Shown piece after piece: positions 25,005 through 39,423 of a DNA stretch of 64,000 nt (within the stretch, counting starts at the first letter, position 1; each line of letters starts with the position of its first letter). The stretch is from Octopus vulgaris (taxonomy: Eukaryota), in the NCBI GenBank assembly GCA_951406725.2, contig OX597819.1:96968001-97032000 (forward strand). Direction: 5' to 3'. Position numbers and translations under genes: made by a program. Below the pieces are notes generated by a model that had not been told where the DNA came from, ran no database searches, and was given only the letters and a program-made list of their open reading frames with translations.

Positions 25005-25715
25005 ATGAGGAGAGTATGCCAAAGGTTGACCCAGTTGAAAGACCAGCTACCCAAATCAACAGTACCCTGGCAGATAAAGCAATTAAGGATATGAATACAG
25101 GGAAAGCACCTGGCCCTTCAGGAATCACTGCTGAGATGCTTAAAATATTGGGCGGTGTGGGTTATGGTCTTGTCACCCGCATCGTAAATCAGGCAGTTCA
25201 TGATGCAGCAGCACCATAGTTAACTGCTACAAGGGTAAAAGTGATGCTTTAGATAGAAATAACTACAGGGGTATCAAATTATTGGATCAGGTGATGAAAG
25301 TTACAGGGAGGGTCATAGCCCAACTAATTAGGGAGAGAGTTAACCTAGATGAGATGCAGTTTTGGTTTGTGCCAGGCAGAAGCACCACTGATGCTATATT
25401 TCTGGTAAGGCAACTACAGAAGAAATATCTAGCCAAAGATAAAACTCTGTACTTGGCTTTTGTTGACTTGGAGAAAGCCTTTGACAGGGTCCCCTGATCC
25501 CTTATCTGGTGGTCAATGTGAAAACTGGGGATAGATAAGTGGTTGGTAAGCCCTGTACAGGAATGCTGTCAGGAAGGTAAGGGTTGGCAACGAGTATAGT
25601 GAAGTATTCTGAGTAGAAGTAGGGGTTCACCACGGATCAGTCCTCAGCCCCCTCTTATTCATTATAGTCCTCCAGGCAATAACAAAGGAATTCAAGACAG
25701 GCTGTCCCTGGGAGC
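25005..25715 (+). mobile_element. RTE LINE reverse transcriptase fragment
   Basis: GKAPGPSGITAEMLK, NYRGIKLLDQVMKV, FVPGRSTTDAIFLVRQLQ, AFVDLEKAFDRVP, GVH.GSVLSPLLFIIV. Confidence 0.92.
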
Positions 25716-25984
25716 AGTAATTTAACATGGTGGACATAACCTGAAGTTGCCAACATGTTGGACACATGTTGCTTATAGTTACCAACAAGAATGTATATGG
25801 CATGAAATTATCAACAGATCTTGAACATTTGATATAGAGATAGGTAGGGGCTAAGAGATGGTGAGAGAAATTGCATAATATTGTTGTATATGTGCATAGA
25901 TATAACAGACTCATCTCTTTCCTTCTACACACACACACGTGTGCATGTAGCCTATATTATATGGTTTTAAATGCATTATAACTA

Positions 25985-26170
25985 GTAAGGTGGTGTACGG
26001 GTAGAACTGTTACCATGCTGAACAAAATGCTTGACAGCATTTCTCCTAGTTGTTTATGTTTTGAGTTCAAATGCAGCTAAAGTCAACTTTATTTTTCATC
26101 CTTTTAAAATTGATGTTATCAATTTGCCTCTCCAAAAAGCTGCTGGCCCTGTTCCAACATTCAAAACCAT
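25985..26170 (+). mobile_element. SINE family D (diverged)
   Basis: GAGTTCAAAT...GTCAACTTT...TTTCATCCTTT. Confidence 0.6.
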
Positions 26171-27087
26171 CATAACTAGAAACTTACTGTCATGATGTTA
26201 CTTTATTGTTTCAAGCAGATCTCTGATTCACAAGAATTATGGTAGATACATAGTCATCACTGAAACAATCAGATCTATCACTTGAAATATTCTATACCTC
26301 AATGGAAAAGCACTCCAAAATGCAATAATTTATTATACAGGGTGTAGTGCCAAAATTTTATAGAGACTTTTCTTCCACTGCCCAGGCTGTTTTTGTACAT
26401 CTATAGTGTCTTAGTTACTCTACATATCAGCAATGTTGGTATTGTACATGCCAGCAAAGCTTTAAGCCAATGAAGCTGCTTGTGCAGCTGCTGCCATTTC
26501 TATGTTTGAAGATTTTTAATGTTTGTCTCGGCAGACAGGGGAACAATAATGATTTTAGGATGGTATTACCATTATGTTTAGGATGTTGTGAATCCAGAGA
26601 TAGTTGCATATGTAGTGTAAGGGCTATTCTTGTTGTTTAACCCCAGGTCAGTCTTGACTGAGAAGATCTGTGATCAAAAGCATTCCAGTCATGATACTCT
26701 TATGTTTTCCTTAGACATTGGAACTACATTATTCCTTTTTTATGTTGTAGAGGAGAGTTGGCTACTATTTCTAGTGATTGCATAAAGTTTCACTGAAATC
26801 CTGGTTGTCTTTCATTTTCAATATTTCTGCTTCACTGCATCAATGGCCAGCAGGTATGAGATGGGCACTAAATGTATGTACAATGGGCTTCTCCATTTTA
26901 AAGATAAAAACAGTGTATGCACGTATGTGTTGAATACTTGTGTATTTGTATATGTTATATGTTGTTGAACATACAGGTGTATTGCTACTTTTGAGGATAT
27001 GCATAAGTTTGTAAATATATGTATGTGTTACAGAAGATGTGTGTAAGTGAGTAAAGCCAAAAGCCATACAATAATGTTACAACTTAC

Positions 27088-27147
27088 CATAAGAATACGA
27101 CGGTAACTGTCCCTGTCAATACCCCAAAGCTTGACATCGTTTTTAGC
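27088..27147 (-). CDS. Pka-R1: PKA-RI exon C (60 nt): [20 protein letters not shown]
   Basis: tttcag|GCT...ATG|gtaagt. Not in the ORF track; translated by hand; near-identical to [22 protein letters not shown]. Confidence 0.97.
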
Positions 27148-29340
27148 CTGAAAAAGAGGGAAAACATATTTAAGATCAACAGATTATTGGGAAATACAGT
27201 ATTCTTGCACCACCATGTGTGTGTTTATACATGCATACATATATTCACCTATTGATGAAGAGGACATGTGGAAAGACTGGAAAGGCACAATTGAGGCAAT
27301 ACATACACAGATGACATTTGAAAATAAGGAACAACACATTAGAAATACTCTATACATATTTGATACAGATTTATCATTCAATATTTAACACTTTTTGTAT
27401 TTATGATTCATTGATTTTGCTGTGGTTCTTTCTTCATTTCAAGAAGCAGACACATTTACAAATTCACTTTATATATCCACTCTAGTTTATATATTCATTC
27501 AACACATACACTCTCTCTCTCTCTCTCTCTTTCTCTCTCATGACAGCCTGACTTGTTTCATTGTTGGTCATTCTGAAACAACCTACCTCTCCAACAAAAC
27601 CTGAATTCACTTGTCCTGGTCCTGGTGGGGTAATACCATTCCACACCTCATTTTTAAACCTATCTAATCTGATTTTCTGAAGTCTGTCTTAAGCCTATTC
27701 TTTTGTCTCATCTCAATATTGTGACTGCTATTTCTTAGTGTTTTACCAATTCATAAGACTGTAATTGTATTTTATTAATTTAATAATAAATACATTATTC
27801 CTCCAGTTACCTTATTTATGAAAAACACAAGGAGGTATAACCTGTACCAAAGATATATAGTGGGGCTGAGCCCAAAATATATAAATTATTGTGGACAAAA
27901 AAATCATCTGGACATTGAAATACAGACATTTATTTAAAAGGAGGTAGGTATAATATGGAATATAAGAGGTGTATTCTGTCTTAGCTTGTTTCATATGGTG
28001 AGGCATATGGTGGAGAATAGTCCAGAATAAATGCTAGTGTATAGACCAGATTAGCCCACTTAAACTCCTGGTATATTTTGGCAAGAGGTTAATGTGGGCT
28101 GTTACACTGGCTGGAATCCACTTCACTATATTCTGTAACAACCACATCTAGCTGTCCATCTATCCTACCCAGATGTCTAGATAGGAGTGGTTACATGTTG
28201 CTACACTGTTACTGTATAAATTAATAATTCACTACTGAAAATTTTCACCATTTATAATATTCCCTCATTAAAAATACCATACAATATGTTATTTTAAGTT
28301 TTACATTAATAAATAACTGGTGGCTGTTCAGCTATCTTTTGTGTATGGTTGGTATGTTCCTGAAATGGTTAAGAGCTGTGGATCACTAAATTATGTAATC
28401 AATGCAATCAAATGAATAATTTCTTTGTAGACATATTCCTGCACTTGGTTTACATTCAAGCTTTCACATGAAGTGACAGCAGAGAAATATTTCTTTCCAT
28501 CTTCCGGAAGACATGCTCCACAATTCCGGTTTTGACAACATTTCAATAACAACTGCATCAAATCTAGTTGCAATAATTCCATCAGCTGAACCATTCTTCT
28601 TCTAAAGTTTGCAGTCAGTGGTAGTGGTGGTGGAGAAGCATGAACAAAGGAATGCTCCTGGGTGTCAGTCACAAACTGATGACAGACTATAGAATAAGTT
28701 GGTGGTAGGTTGTAAGGTGTGGAGTGAAGATAGTCATATTGTTTCCTGGATCATTACAGACTATACAAGACAGACAGACAGAGGTCAGTCTTAACAGACA
28801 TGCTGTGCATTTTACTTATTTCAAGCACAGTGTTATGAGAACAATAGACTTTCATTTCTTATATAATTAAATCCACTTTCTACTCCTCCTCCTCCTTCTC
28901 CTCAACAACAGCAACAACAACAACAACAACAACCTCAATCTTTACAACTTTACTTCTATGACCACAATTAAATGACTGTAGGTTATCTGTATCTACCTAC
29001 ACATGACACATATATACATAGCTGAGTGGTTAACAGGTTCATTTCACAACCACATCACTCCATAGACAATCCAAGAACATGACATTTCCCCCCAGGCTAA
29101 TATCTACTATTATAGCTACACTTTGACCAATATATTGTGAATGGAATTTGGTTGATGATGCCTCTGTATATGTGTGCGTGTGTGTTGTTATTTTTTTTCA
29201 ATGTTGAGTTTGATAAAATCAGTTTAACATTTAGTTGAAGGATTACTGAATACTTTACGTAGAGTACATATACATTTTGCTTTTACAAGAATAGTAGTGA
29301 TTGTAGCCTGGAAGCTTTGGCCAGCAAACCTTCAATGGAC

Positions 29341-29387
29341 TGCTGTCTGATGAAGGTAATCAGGCTGAAACTTTAAAGTCATTGACA
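29341..29387 (+). ncRNA. Hammerhead ribozyme-like motif with palindromic stem III
   Basis: CTGATGA-A-GGT(AATCAG)GCT-GAA-ACTTTAAAGT-C; stems I and II are weak; followed by (TA)n. Confidence 0.55.
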
Positions 29388-29405
29388 CTATTATTCTTGT
29401 AAAAG

Positions 29406-29447
<42 letters not shown>

Positions 29448-29837
29448 CGGAGTAAGCACATAAATGTGAAACAAATTGGAAAAAAGAGTACTCAAATACC
29501 AAAGGTAGAGTAATATGCTTTATTTAAAAGCAGCAGAAATATATATATATACATACACAGTCCAACCCACGCCAGCATGGGAAACAGACATTACATGATG
29601 ATGAAAATGATGTGTGTGTGTGTGCACACATGCATGTGTGCATATGTATTAGGTATGTATGTATCTATGTATCATAATCATCATCATTTAATGTCATTTT
29701 CCATGCTGGCATATAAATGTGTGTGGGTGTGTATGTATATATATATATGAAATGTACCCAATCATATTACAGGAGCCACAATTCAAAATACTGAACTCAC
29801 AGGTGTGTGTGTATGTGTACACATACTTTTTTTTCTT

Positions 29838-30190
29838 TCTTTTACTTGTTTCAGTCATCTGACAGTAGCCATGCTGGAGCACCGCCTCTAGTCAAACAAA
29901 TTGACCCCAGGACTTATTCTTTGTAAGCCTAGTACTTATTCTATCAGTCTATTTTGCTGAATCGCTAAGCTACCGGGATGTAAACACACCAACATTGGTT
30001 GTCAAGCAATGATGGGGGAACAAACACAGACACATAACTACTTTCAATTTCTGTTTACTAAATCCACTCACAAGGCTTTGGTCGGCTTGAGGCTATAGAA
30101 AACACCTGCCCAAGGTACCATGCAGTGGGACTGAACCTGTAACCATGTGGTTGGGAAGCAAGCTTCTTACCACACAGTTACACCCAGTGC
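29838..30190 (-). mobile_element. SINE family A
   Basis: Reverse complement of the family A consensus. Confidence 0.9.
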
Positions 30191-32244
30191 CTATATATAC
30201 ATTTCCCTATTTATATATTTCACACACCACCACCAGTAAAAACAACAACAAAAATATGATAGAGTTAAAACAATAACATAATCACTTAATAAAATAGAGA
30301 CTGATACAATAAGATGATCTGGTAGTAATGGGGGTGGGGATTTGGCAACTGGGGGCAATCTAGTGGCTGTAGAGTGATCTTTAAATAACAAAAACTACAA
30401 ATGGATTTCAGCTCTAAAACTTGTGGCTTGGACTTAAAACACAAAAATCAAAATCTAGTTAACAGGTTCAAAGTTTTTTTTAAAAAAACCTCCACTCCAA
30501 CACATATATCAATGCAAACCAAGTGACTGGATGATGGTTAGGTGCTGCTGATAACATTTGAGATCACTAAGCATTTCTATTTCTAAGCATTTCATGTCTG
30601 TCAACAGCATGTCATAAAACAATAGAGCCTCTAAGAGTTAATTTAGAAACAGTAGCTAAATCTCCTTAAATCACACCATCTTAGAAAGACAAAAAAAGGG
30701 ATATATTATTTGTCAAAAATGACTAGATACTAAATACACAGCCCACCACCTGATATCCAATCATTTAGAAAGGGCTTTGGTTATTTTAAGGTCTCTTACA
30801 GAGAATGTCATTTACTATTTATACAATAATGATTTTCATTAATGTAAGATTATGTATATACATATTTTATCACTAAAGCCAGTATTTGGTATGGCAATTC
30901 TACAGAAATTAGAAATCAGATTTTTGTTTCAAGAAGCAGGAACAGAACAATGAGATTATCTGTGAAATTCTTTGTTATTTCAGCACAAAAATCAGATTAT
31001 CTGTGGAATTTTTTGTTTCAGCTCTTTGTTGTGTGAAGATTAAATTGTACAGATACACAAACATACAAATTTGCATGTATGTACAAGCTCATCACAGTAA
31101 ACACAAAAACTTGTATACAAATACAAAAGTACACTTATACACACACACTATTCATTAGACACAAACATACACATGCTTCAAAACAAAACATAACAACCAT
31201 ATCAATCTATGTTTACACAAATTCCCTCTCTATGCTAATACATGTGTGTAACTGTATATACAATATTATATAGATACACATACATGCACACACTGCCCCT
31301 ACTACAAGAAGCAATTTTGATGTTAATTCAGTAAACAAACTATATGTGGAGTTATCTTTCTTGGCATCAAAGTAACTGAATTTTGTTGAAAGAGCTTTGT
31401 AGATTGGAGACAGATTTTTCTAAAATAAATCCTATTACCATAGGGAGATTTAATTCTAAGCACCTCCTAAGTAATTTTGTGATAATTATTGTTCTGTGAA
31501 GTGTTATCTTAACCAATCTTAGTAAGAAACCCAATTACTATGCTATTTATCTGTGTGTGTGTGTGTGTGCGTGTATGCATGCATGCACACACACACACAC
31601 ACACACATGTAAAGTACATCTGCATACACATGAAGTACATCTGCATACTCCAGTACTCTAAAATTGCATGTAGATGTTAAAATTGTGTGAGGCAAATATA
31701 CTGGAAAATAGTTTTTGCAGAGTGATTACATATCAAATTATTTACTCACCGTTAGACATGTTTCATTTGTTAATAGGAGTTACAACATTGTACATGCAAA
31801 TTGTACAGGAAATGGAATGTGTAATGGTGAATAAATAATACCAAAAACCTTTTCCACCAACAAGAACCCAGCAATAAAATTCTTCGAACGTGTTGTTCTT
31901 GAAACTTTAAAGAGGTCTAGAACTAACATTATTTGCAACTACTGAACTTATAGGCATCCAATCAGACAAACAGAACATCATCTCAAGGGTCCTTGAGATT
32001 TGTGCCCTTTTTTTCAGCACTAGAAATCAACCAGAGCTCTCATGGCACTTGAGGAGAACACAACTTGGCTCTTGCCAGGCAAATGAAGGACAAAGCTTTA
32101 ACAAGATTCAGTAGTTTCACATCTTCTAGATGACTAATGGCCAAATAAACACAGTTAAGTCAATCCCAATGTCCTAGTCTCTCTACAAGTGAAGATAGAT
32201 AATTTATGTATGTATTTATGTTCAGCCTTCCCTTAAATATTCAT

Positions 32245-32715
32245 ACTCATCATCATCATTGATTAATGTCTGCTTTCCATACTGGCATGGGTTGGACAAA
32301 GCCAGGGAGATGCACCAGGTTCCAGTCTGATTTGGCAAGGTTTTTATGACTGGATGCCCTTCCTAACACCAACTACTCCAAGAGTGTAATGGGTGCTTTT
32401 TACTTGTCACCAACAGAGGTGCCATTGATGTGACACTGACATCAGCCTCAACTATGATCTCACTTGGCTTGACAGGTCTAAACAAGCATGGTATATCACC
32501 AAAGGTCTCAGTCACCTATCACTGCCTCTGTGAGGCCCAATGTTTGAACAGTGCTTTTCATGTGTCAGTCAGACAGTACTGGCATCAGCCATGACTATGA
32601 TTTTACTTAACTCAACAGGTCTTCTCAAACACAGCATATCACCCAATGTTTGAAGGGTGCTTTTTTTTATGTGCCAGTTACACGACATGGGCATTGGCCA
32701 TGACTACAATCTCAC
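32245..32715 (-). mobile_element. RTE 3' UTR/tail element (family B, long)
   Basis: Family B tail plus internal repeats similar to 51380-51960. Confidence 0.8.
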
Positions 32716-32769
32716 ATTAAATGTTCAAAAGTTTTGTTTCTATTTGTAATATATGCAGCCAGCCTAATC

Positions 32770-34190
32770 TCAATACAACAATTACACCGGCTACAACAAC
32801 ACCAATCCAATTGGTGTTTGAGGCTCTCAACCTCATCAAAACATCTTGAAATATCAAGCAAACTTTTTTGAAGAATTGAAAACAGAATCTCTGAGCTACT
32901 CAATAATGATTTCAAAAACCACTAACAAAAATTTCAACTGAAAATCTTCTAAGATTGCAATGAATCCCAATGCCTGCTCTAATTCTGAAGCACTCCAACC
33001 CTCAGGGTTTTTTTTAATATTGTTGAAAATACCCCAGAAAACAATAATTATGTTGGACAAAATAGATACTTGTCAAGATGAATAATCCTAGAGTGCCTCA
33101 GATAACTTTGGAAATCGCCTTCCAACAATTTCATACAGTAGGGCTATTCAAGCCATTAACTTTGAGAAAAAAGTTGAAATTCTCTTTCATATTTGGAAGA
33201 AAATTTGACATTCATGAATATTTGAAGCTGACTGAGAGAGTACCAAATTAAGTGAATGTGCATAACAATGTACAAATATGATGTTCACACCAAAATCTCC
33301 TTTATTCTTTATTGCACTCCATTCAAATGCCCAGTCATCAAGTTCCCTCCATAATAAGTTTGTGCAATGAGTTTTTGGCCAGAGTTAAATTCATTAATAA
33401 ATTGTCAAACTTTTGTCAATGATGCAGCTTTTCTATCTTTACTGACATCAATGTATCTTTCTTGAGGCTTTTCCTTCTCATCAAGAAATTGCAAAATGTG
33501 TGATAAATCAGATTTCATTCAAAGGTCTGTAGTCTTATCAAATATAACAGCAACAAATACTGTTTTAATGATCATTCCTTAATTTCACCTTCAACTGTAG
33601 TAGCTATACAGTTATCTCATTTAGAATATCACTTGTAAGTCCAGAACATTGCAGTTGGCATTTTTCTTAATGAAATCTAAATGTGATCTTAAACAGTCAT
33701 TGTATTCTGCTACTGGTTCACATTTAACCAGAAAATTACTTTTATTGTTTGATTCTTGTTTCATCGAATCCTCTAAAAGGTAATTCTTCACAGGCCAACA
33801 TTTCAATACAATGAATTAACCTTTTCCAATATATCATGATTTTTCTAAAATGATCTATTATGGAACAGAATCGAAGCAGCTTTCCGATGATTGATCACTG
33901 TATTAAGTCATTGGTTTTCAGAGTAATTACAGAATTCAAATGGTTTTGAGAATTTTGTGTCTTGTCAAAGTTGTAATCAAATTGTGCAAATTGCAGTAGC
34001 CATGCCATCATCCACTCATACTATTCATAATATTTGGAATCAAAATAATGGTGGCATTCTATACTGCCCATTTTGGTTCAAGTTTGAGTTTATCTTTTCT
34101 GAGATTAATAATATTCCTCTTCTCTTCAAAACTTCTTGTTGCAAAATCTTAGGAACGTAGAGAGGCAACTGAGCTAAGTGACTCTTTTGC
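32770..34190 (-). pseudogene. hAT (Tip100/ZMYM1-like) transposase relic
   Basis: FVAVIFDKTTDL..., ERYIDVSKDRKA, KLIAQTYYGG..MTGHLNGVQ, FVHCYAHSLNLVLSQ (CxxH); many stops. Confidence 0.85.
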
Positions 34191-34960
34191 TATACCATGG
34201 GTGAATGAAAGCATGAAAAATGTAACTGGGTTATAATTTTTTTTTAAATGAATCAAAGCTTTATTCTAACTAAAAATTTAGGTGCTACTTTACTTTGTTA
34301 CATGACCTCTTCTTTTAATTTTTTTTAATACATATTTTTGAATATTTGAGATTAAATTTTAGAGCATTGGTATAGATAAATAGATGAAAACTTTACTTTT
34401 TAATCACAAGAAATAAACTTTAAGTGAGTAGTAGTCAAGAGGAAAATTCAGGTCCTGAGAAGGGATCAAGAATACGCTCCAAGGATAAAAACTTCTTAAA
34501 AAGCTATAGTTACTCTTCAGTACTGAATAACCATACAAAATAAGCCAGAATCAGCAATAAAACAAATTGACTAAACAGCCATTTTTCATCTAAATCTGTC
34601 ATTCTATGAGGAAAGCTTTTAAGTCCTTTGAATAGGCAAGTCTTTAATCTCAGCTGCACAGGGCAGTAAACACATCAGTACTTCAAAAGAAAATATGTTG
34701 AGAGTGTGTTTGCTGGCTGCAGCTGGAAGACAAGCAGAAAAGAATCTGCTATTCTCTGCCTTTTCCTTCTTGACATCCTATTCTTTTGCTTTGTCTCACT
34801 TTTACATGTTTCCTTCTCAAAGAAAACATAACACAGTGCTTAGTCCAGGAACTGAACCTACATTCTTATAATCATGAGCCCAATACTGTAATGTACACAC
34901 ACACACACATTATATGCCTTGAGAGTGAATTTGGCAGTTGGAAACTAAAAGAAGTATCTC

Positions 34961-35009
<49 letters not shown>

Positions 35010-36669
35010 TCCTTGCCTTGACATCACATGACAGATGTAAATGAGTATCACCATCATACAGACAGTGCCCATCATTCCACACTTCTGTAAAAAGCATGCC
35101 TGGCCATGGGGACATATTATCATGCTTGGAAACAGGTGAGTGTTGATGACTAGAAAAGTATCTACTCAGAAAATCTGTCTCATTGAATTCCATCTGACCC
35201 ATGCAAAAGTGGACATTAAAATGATGATGATAATCTATTAGACAATAATTGCTATTAGAAAAATATAACAAAATTTCACTCTGCATCTAATGCACTCATA
35301 TCACAGAGATGAGACTGAATGGTGTAGTTGCAAAGTGCCAAGTGAGGGAGTTAGATGAACAGTAATCCACTAATTCCCAAAACTGTGTTATTAAAAGCAT
35401 TAATGAAGATAAAATTCTTAAAAGCAAACCAAAGTTTTAAACACTGTTAACATAAAATTACGGCAAATTTGTTAAAGAACTAGATAATAAATTTTAACAC
35501 ATTAGAGATTTACAGCCCAGGGAAGCTCACATCATCTCCCTGTAACCCTTTCCCTAGCATATGTAATTCACATTAGATATATGTTTCATACAATAAAGTG
35601 ACTGTCACCTTTGCAGAACATTTGTTCATTATACTCTTGTAAATGAAAGATTTTTTTGAGAAAAGAAATGTTGATAAATTTAGCCATGCTGGAAATGGCT
35701 GAGTGCAAATCAATAGTAATGATCCTACACAATGGTAGCAGATAAAGGTAATGCAAGAAGTTACAGTGAAAAATACAAATTTTATATTCTGTTGGTAATT
35801 TTGTTTACCAACATATACAGAGACTCGCCCACATAAACACAAATGCTCTGTTCAGGGGTAGAGTTGGTAGCATTCTCCAAACACTTAATAGATTCACAAT
35901 AAATTTCCTACACAATTTAAACAAATGGCTTGGTAATGATGAAGAAACTGCTGTAACATTCAATTTAAGCTTGATGTTTAAAGCCTGGAATAAGGTATTT
36001 ACACAGTATTCTGATAAAATTGTAAGGACTGTCCTGGACAAAACATTAAACTATATTCAAAACTGAGGCCTCAACTTTGAAGTTCAGGAGTTTGGGAGAA
36101 TATGAAGTTACTCCTTCTTCACATCTGTTTTCAGATCCACTCTGGCCTTGGGTAGTAGTACATTTCAAGGGCCCTAATGTAAGGTTCAAATAGCAGAAGA
36201 TGGTCCTGTGACTAATGAATTGAATTTTTTAAAAAATGGCTGGCTTCAGAACATGTCACACAAGGATTAACATTGTGTAATGCCTTGATGCCATGAGAAA
36301 TACTCCTGCTCAGGGGTTAAATAAGCCATGTGCTTCAAAGGGCTCAGGTGATCAAGAGAGTAGCAGAATCAAGTGTAAATAACTAGCAGAAGGTAGTAGG
36401 AAACAACTACTGCATTTTTCCCCAAGAAAAACCAGGTTCATTCAGATTAGGGCAAGATGGTCCATGATCACACAAACACCTGTAGGTATGGCACATAGAG
36501 GGAAAGAGAGTGTGTGTGTGGGGGGGCAGACAGACAGACAGACAAACTTGGAGGAAACAAGAACATGAAAGCTGTTAGACATAGTAAATACTGTGTTTGT
36601 AGGGGCAAGTGTCAATGACAAAAACTAAAAGAATTAAAGACAAAAAACTGGGCATTTAGTTATCCTGAG

Positions 36670-37030
36670 AAGCCTGCTTCCCAACCATGTTTCAGTCCCA
36701 CTTGTACATCTTGAGCAAATGCTTTCTACTATAACTCTGGGCCGACCAAAGCCTTGTGAGTGGATTTGGGAGATAGAAACTGAAAGAAGTCCATCATGTG
36801 TGTGTGTATATCCTTGTCTATACATCATATGAAGGTTGTAAATGAGCATCATCATCATCATCATGCAAGCAAGGTTGTTCGTTTCCAGTTTACCATGTAA
36901 ACATGTCTAGCTTAGGGAAAATATTACCCTGCTTGGAAATAGTTAAGGAGATCTGGCCATAGAAAATTGGCCTCAACAAATTCCATTTGCTCCATGCAAA
37001 CATGGAAAAGTGGACATTAAATGATGATGA
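36670..37030 (+). mobile_element. Chimeric SINE: family A head with RTE-type tail
   Basis: A head, (TG)n, linker shared with 35010-35230, then CATGGAAAAGTGGACATTAAATGATGATGA. Confidence 0.75.
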
Positions 37031-39386
37031 AGACTAACATACAATCAGAGGCATTGATGAATTTAGTAAATCAACATCACTGTGCACCAGACTTATGAAC
37101 AGAATTATCCAAGTTTATATTATTAACTGAAATATCAGTTTCTATTAGAATACATTCTAGTAGAATACATTTATTATTGTTGCTTGCTGTTTATTAAAAG
37201 TAACTATGTGCATTAAGTGTAGCTACAGCACTTATAGGCATCCATTCACATTTATTGTACTTTGCAGCATGCTTGGCACCAATTTTTACTGATATATTTT
37301 CTCTGTTGGCTTCTATCAGCATTCACTTATCCCCAGAGTATTTCATTTCATATACAGTAAATTTAATATATTTTCCTTTCAAGGTCAATATAATGTTACT
37401 ACATATGATTCCGGTCTTCATTAAGTATATATATTGTATTTACATGCACAAAATTATATATTTTCCCTTCAAAAATACTTTTACTAGATACATGATAAAC
37501 ACACGGAAATTGCTTTTCTCCCATGCAACAAAATATCTTTATTAACATAAGTATTTGATGTTGAGGCACATCTTCTATGTTGGAAAATACAATACTTCTT
37601 CATTTTTACATCTGTTTTTCCGTGTTAACATGGGTTAGATGAAAATATATTACTGAGGCATTATTTCACAACTGAATGCAATTCTTATTGCTTAAAACAC
37701 TTTACCTGCTTTTCAAGTACAGGAGATTTTGTTCCATTTGCTTTTGGAAGAGCAAAGCTACAAAACAATTTGCTAACAGAGAAATGTTAAGAAACATCAC
37801 TCTCTGTAGCATTTTCATGTGATGTGTAGAATGTAAGCTTTTCATGCATGCACGCACATATGTGCACGCGCACACACACACATTCATACACAAGACATAA
37901 CTTATGGTTATCTATTGAATTCAAAGTTGACCAAACTACCTTCTTCCTTTGTGAATCTTTCAATGAGTAACTTTTAAAGAACACTAGATGATGCAGCCAC
38001 AAGAGTTCAGGAAATCATTACTGTTACAGGCATGATATGGACAGTATTCTATTGTTATAGGCAGGTGTAATATCTTGAGAACTATGGTGACCCTCCAAGG
38101 TCCATGATCCACATTGCAGGATAACATATCTGTGCAATGAAGTCTTATAATGGTGTCAAGGTGTGCATTTCACATATCACTAGCTACAATATGAAATCAA
38201 TAGATCTAATAGAAATCCAAGAGAAACGGTGCCTCCTCTGAGTTGCAAGAGGCTGCCAGAAATTCAATCTGTTGGAAATTACCTTAAAACTTACTACCAC
38301 AGTTTATTTTCTCTCAACAAACACACATCTGTAGATAACCGAGAGTTGTTTTTATAACAGAGGAAGTGTAGAGACACTACACACACAGATGCTTGATTGA
38401 ATGTCCTGTTGTAAAGAAGACACCAAATTCACCAGGATACAACTGAATAACCTGTTTGTCGGAAGAGTGTGGAGGAGTCTAAACACACTATTGGTAAATG
38501 TGCTATGCCATGGCTGTTTGGCTGTCTCTCAGTGAAGAGCAAGAGATGTTGACATAAATCTGGATACACCACAGACATATTTATCACAACAAATATATAA
38601 CATCATTATTATTATTACACGCACAATTACAACCTATAGTTCTTAGAAGAATTGAGAATGGAAAAGTTCACTAAAAAGAGGAGTCATGTCGTCTAGAATA
38701 GTAGACATTTAGTGAGTTTAGTAGATAGCAGTGAATATGATAATGACTGTTTAATTTTCCATATTCCTATATCTCAGTTAGTTATTAACTTCTTTCAAAG
38801 ATAAATGGAGCAGTAAGGACAACCATCACCTTCGTTCTACCTCATTACAGCTGAAATTGTGAACAAACAAGTATGTAAGCCACTCTAATATCTATGATGG
38901 TTAATCAAGTGTATTCAGACATGAAGTTATATCTAGCTAGAATACTGACTACTAAGTGGCTTAATTCAACTGTGAAATGAAATGGAATTAATCACTTAAA
39001 GACACCAGTAGCTGAATGAAAGCTAAACAGTGGTCACTTTAAAGACAATACTTTCTCAACTTAAATGGTTTCCATGAAAAGTTCTTGATTGCCTGAAAAG
39101 ATTTTTATAGGTTTGGGATTGAAGGGAAGGAAAATGACATTAATTAAAAGAAACAAAGCAACTAGGTTAGGGCTGTTCAGTAGGTTTAGTAGAATCTGTA
39201 TAAGCGAGTGTGTATAGCCATATACAGTTAAGAACATTACATTGCAATCACAAGGTCCCTGGTTCAATCCCACCATGTGGCACTTGGAGCAAGTGTCTTT
39301 CCTCATAGCTTCAGGTTTATTAGGCTTGAGAGTGTAATTTGGTAGATAGGAAGTGTGCACAAACTCATTGTATGTATGTACACACA

Positions 39387-39423
<37 letters not shown>

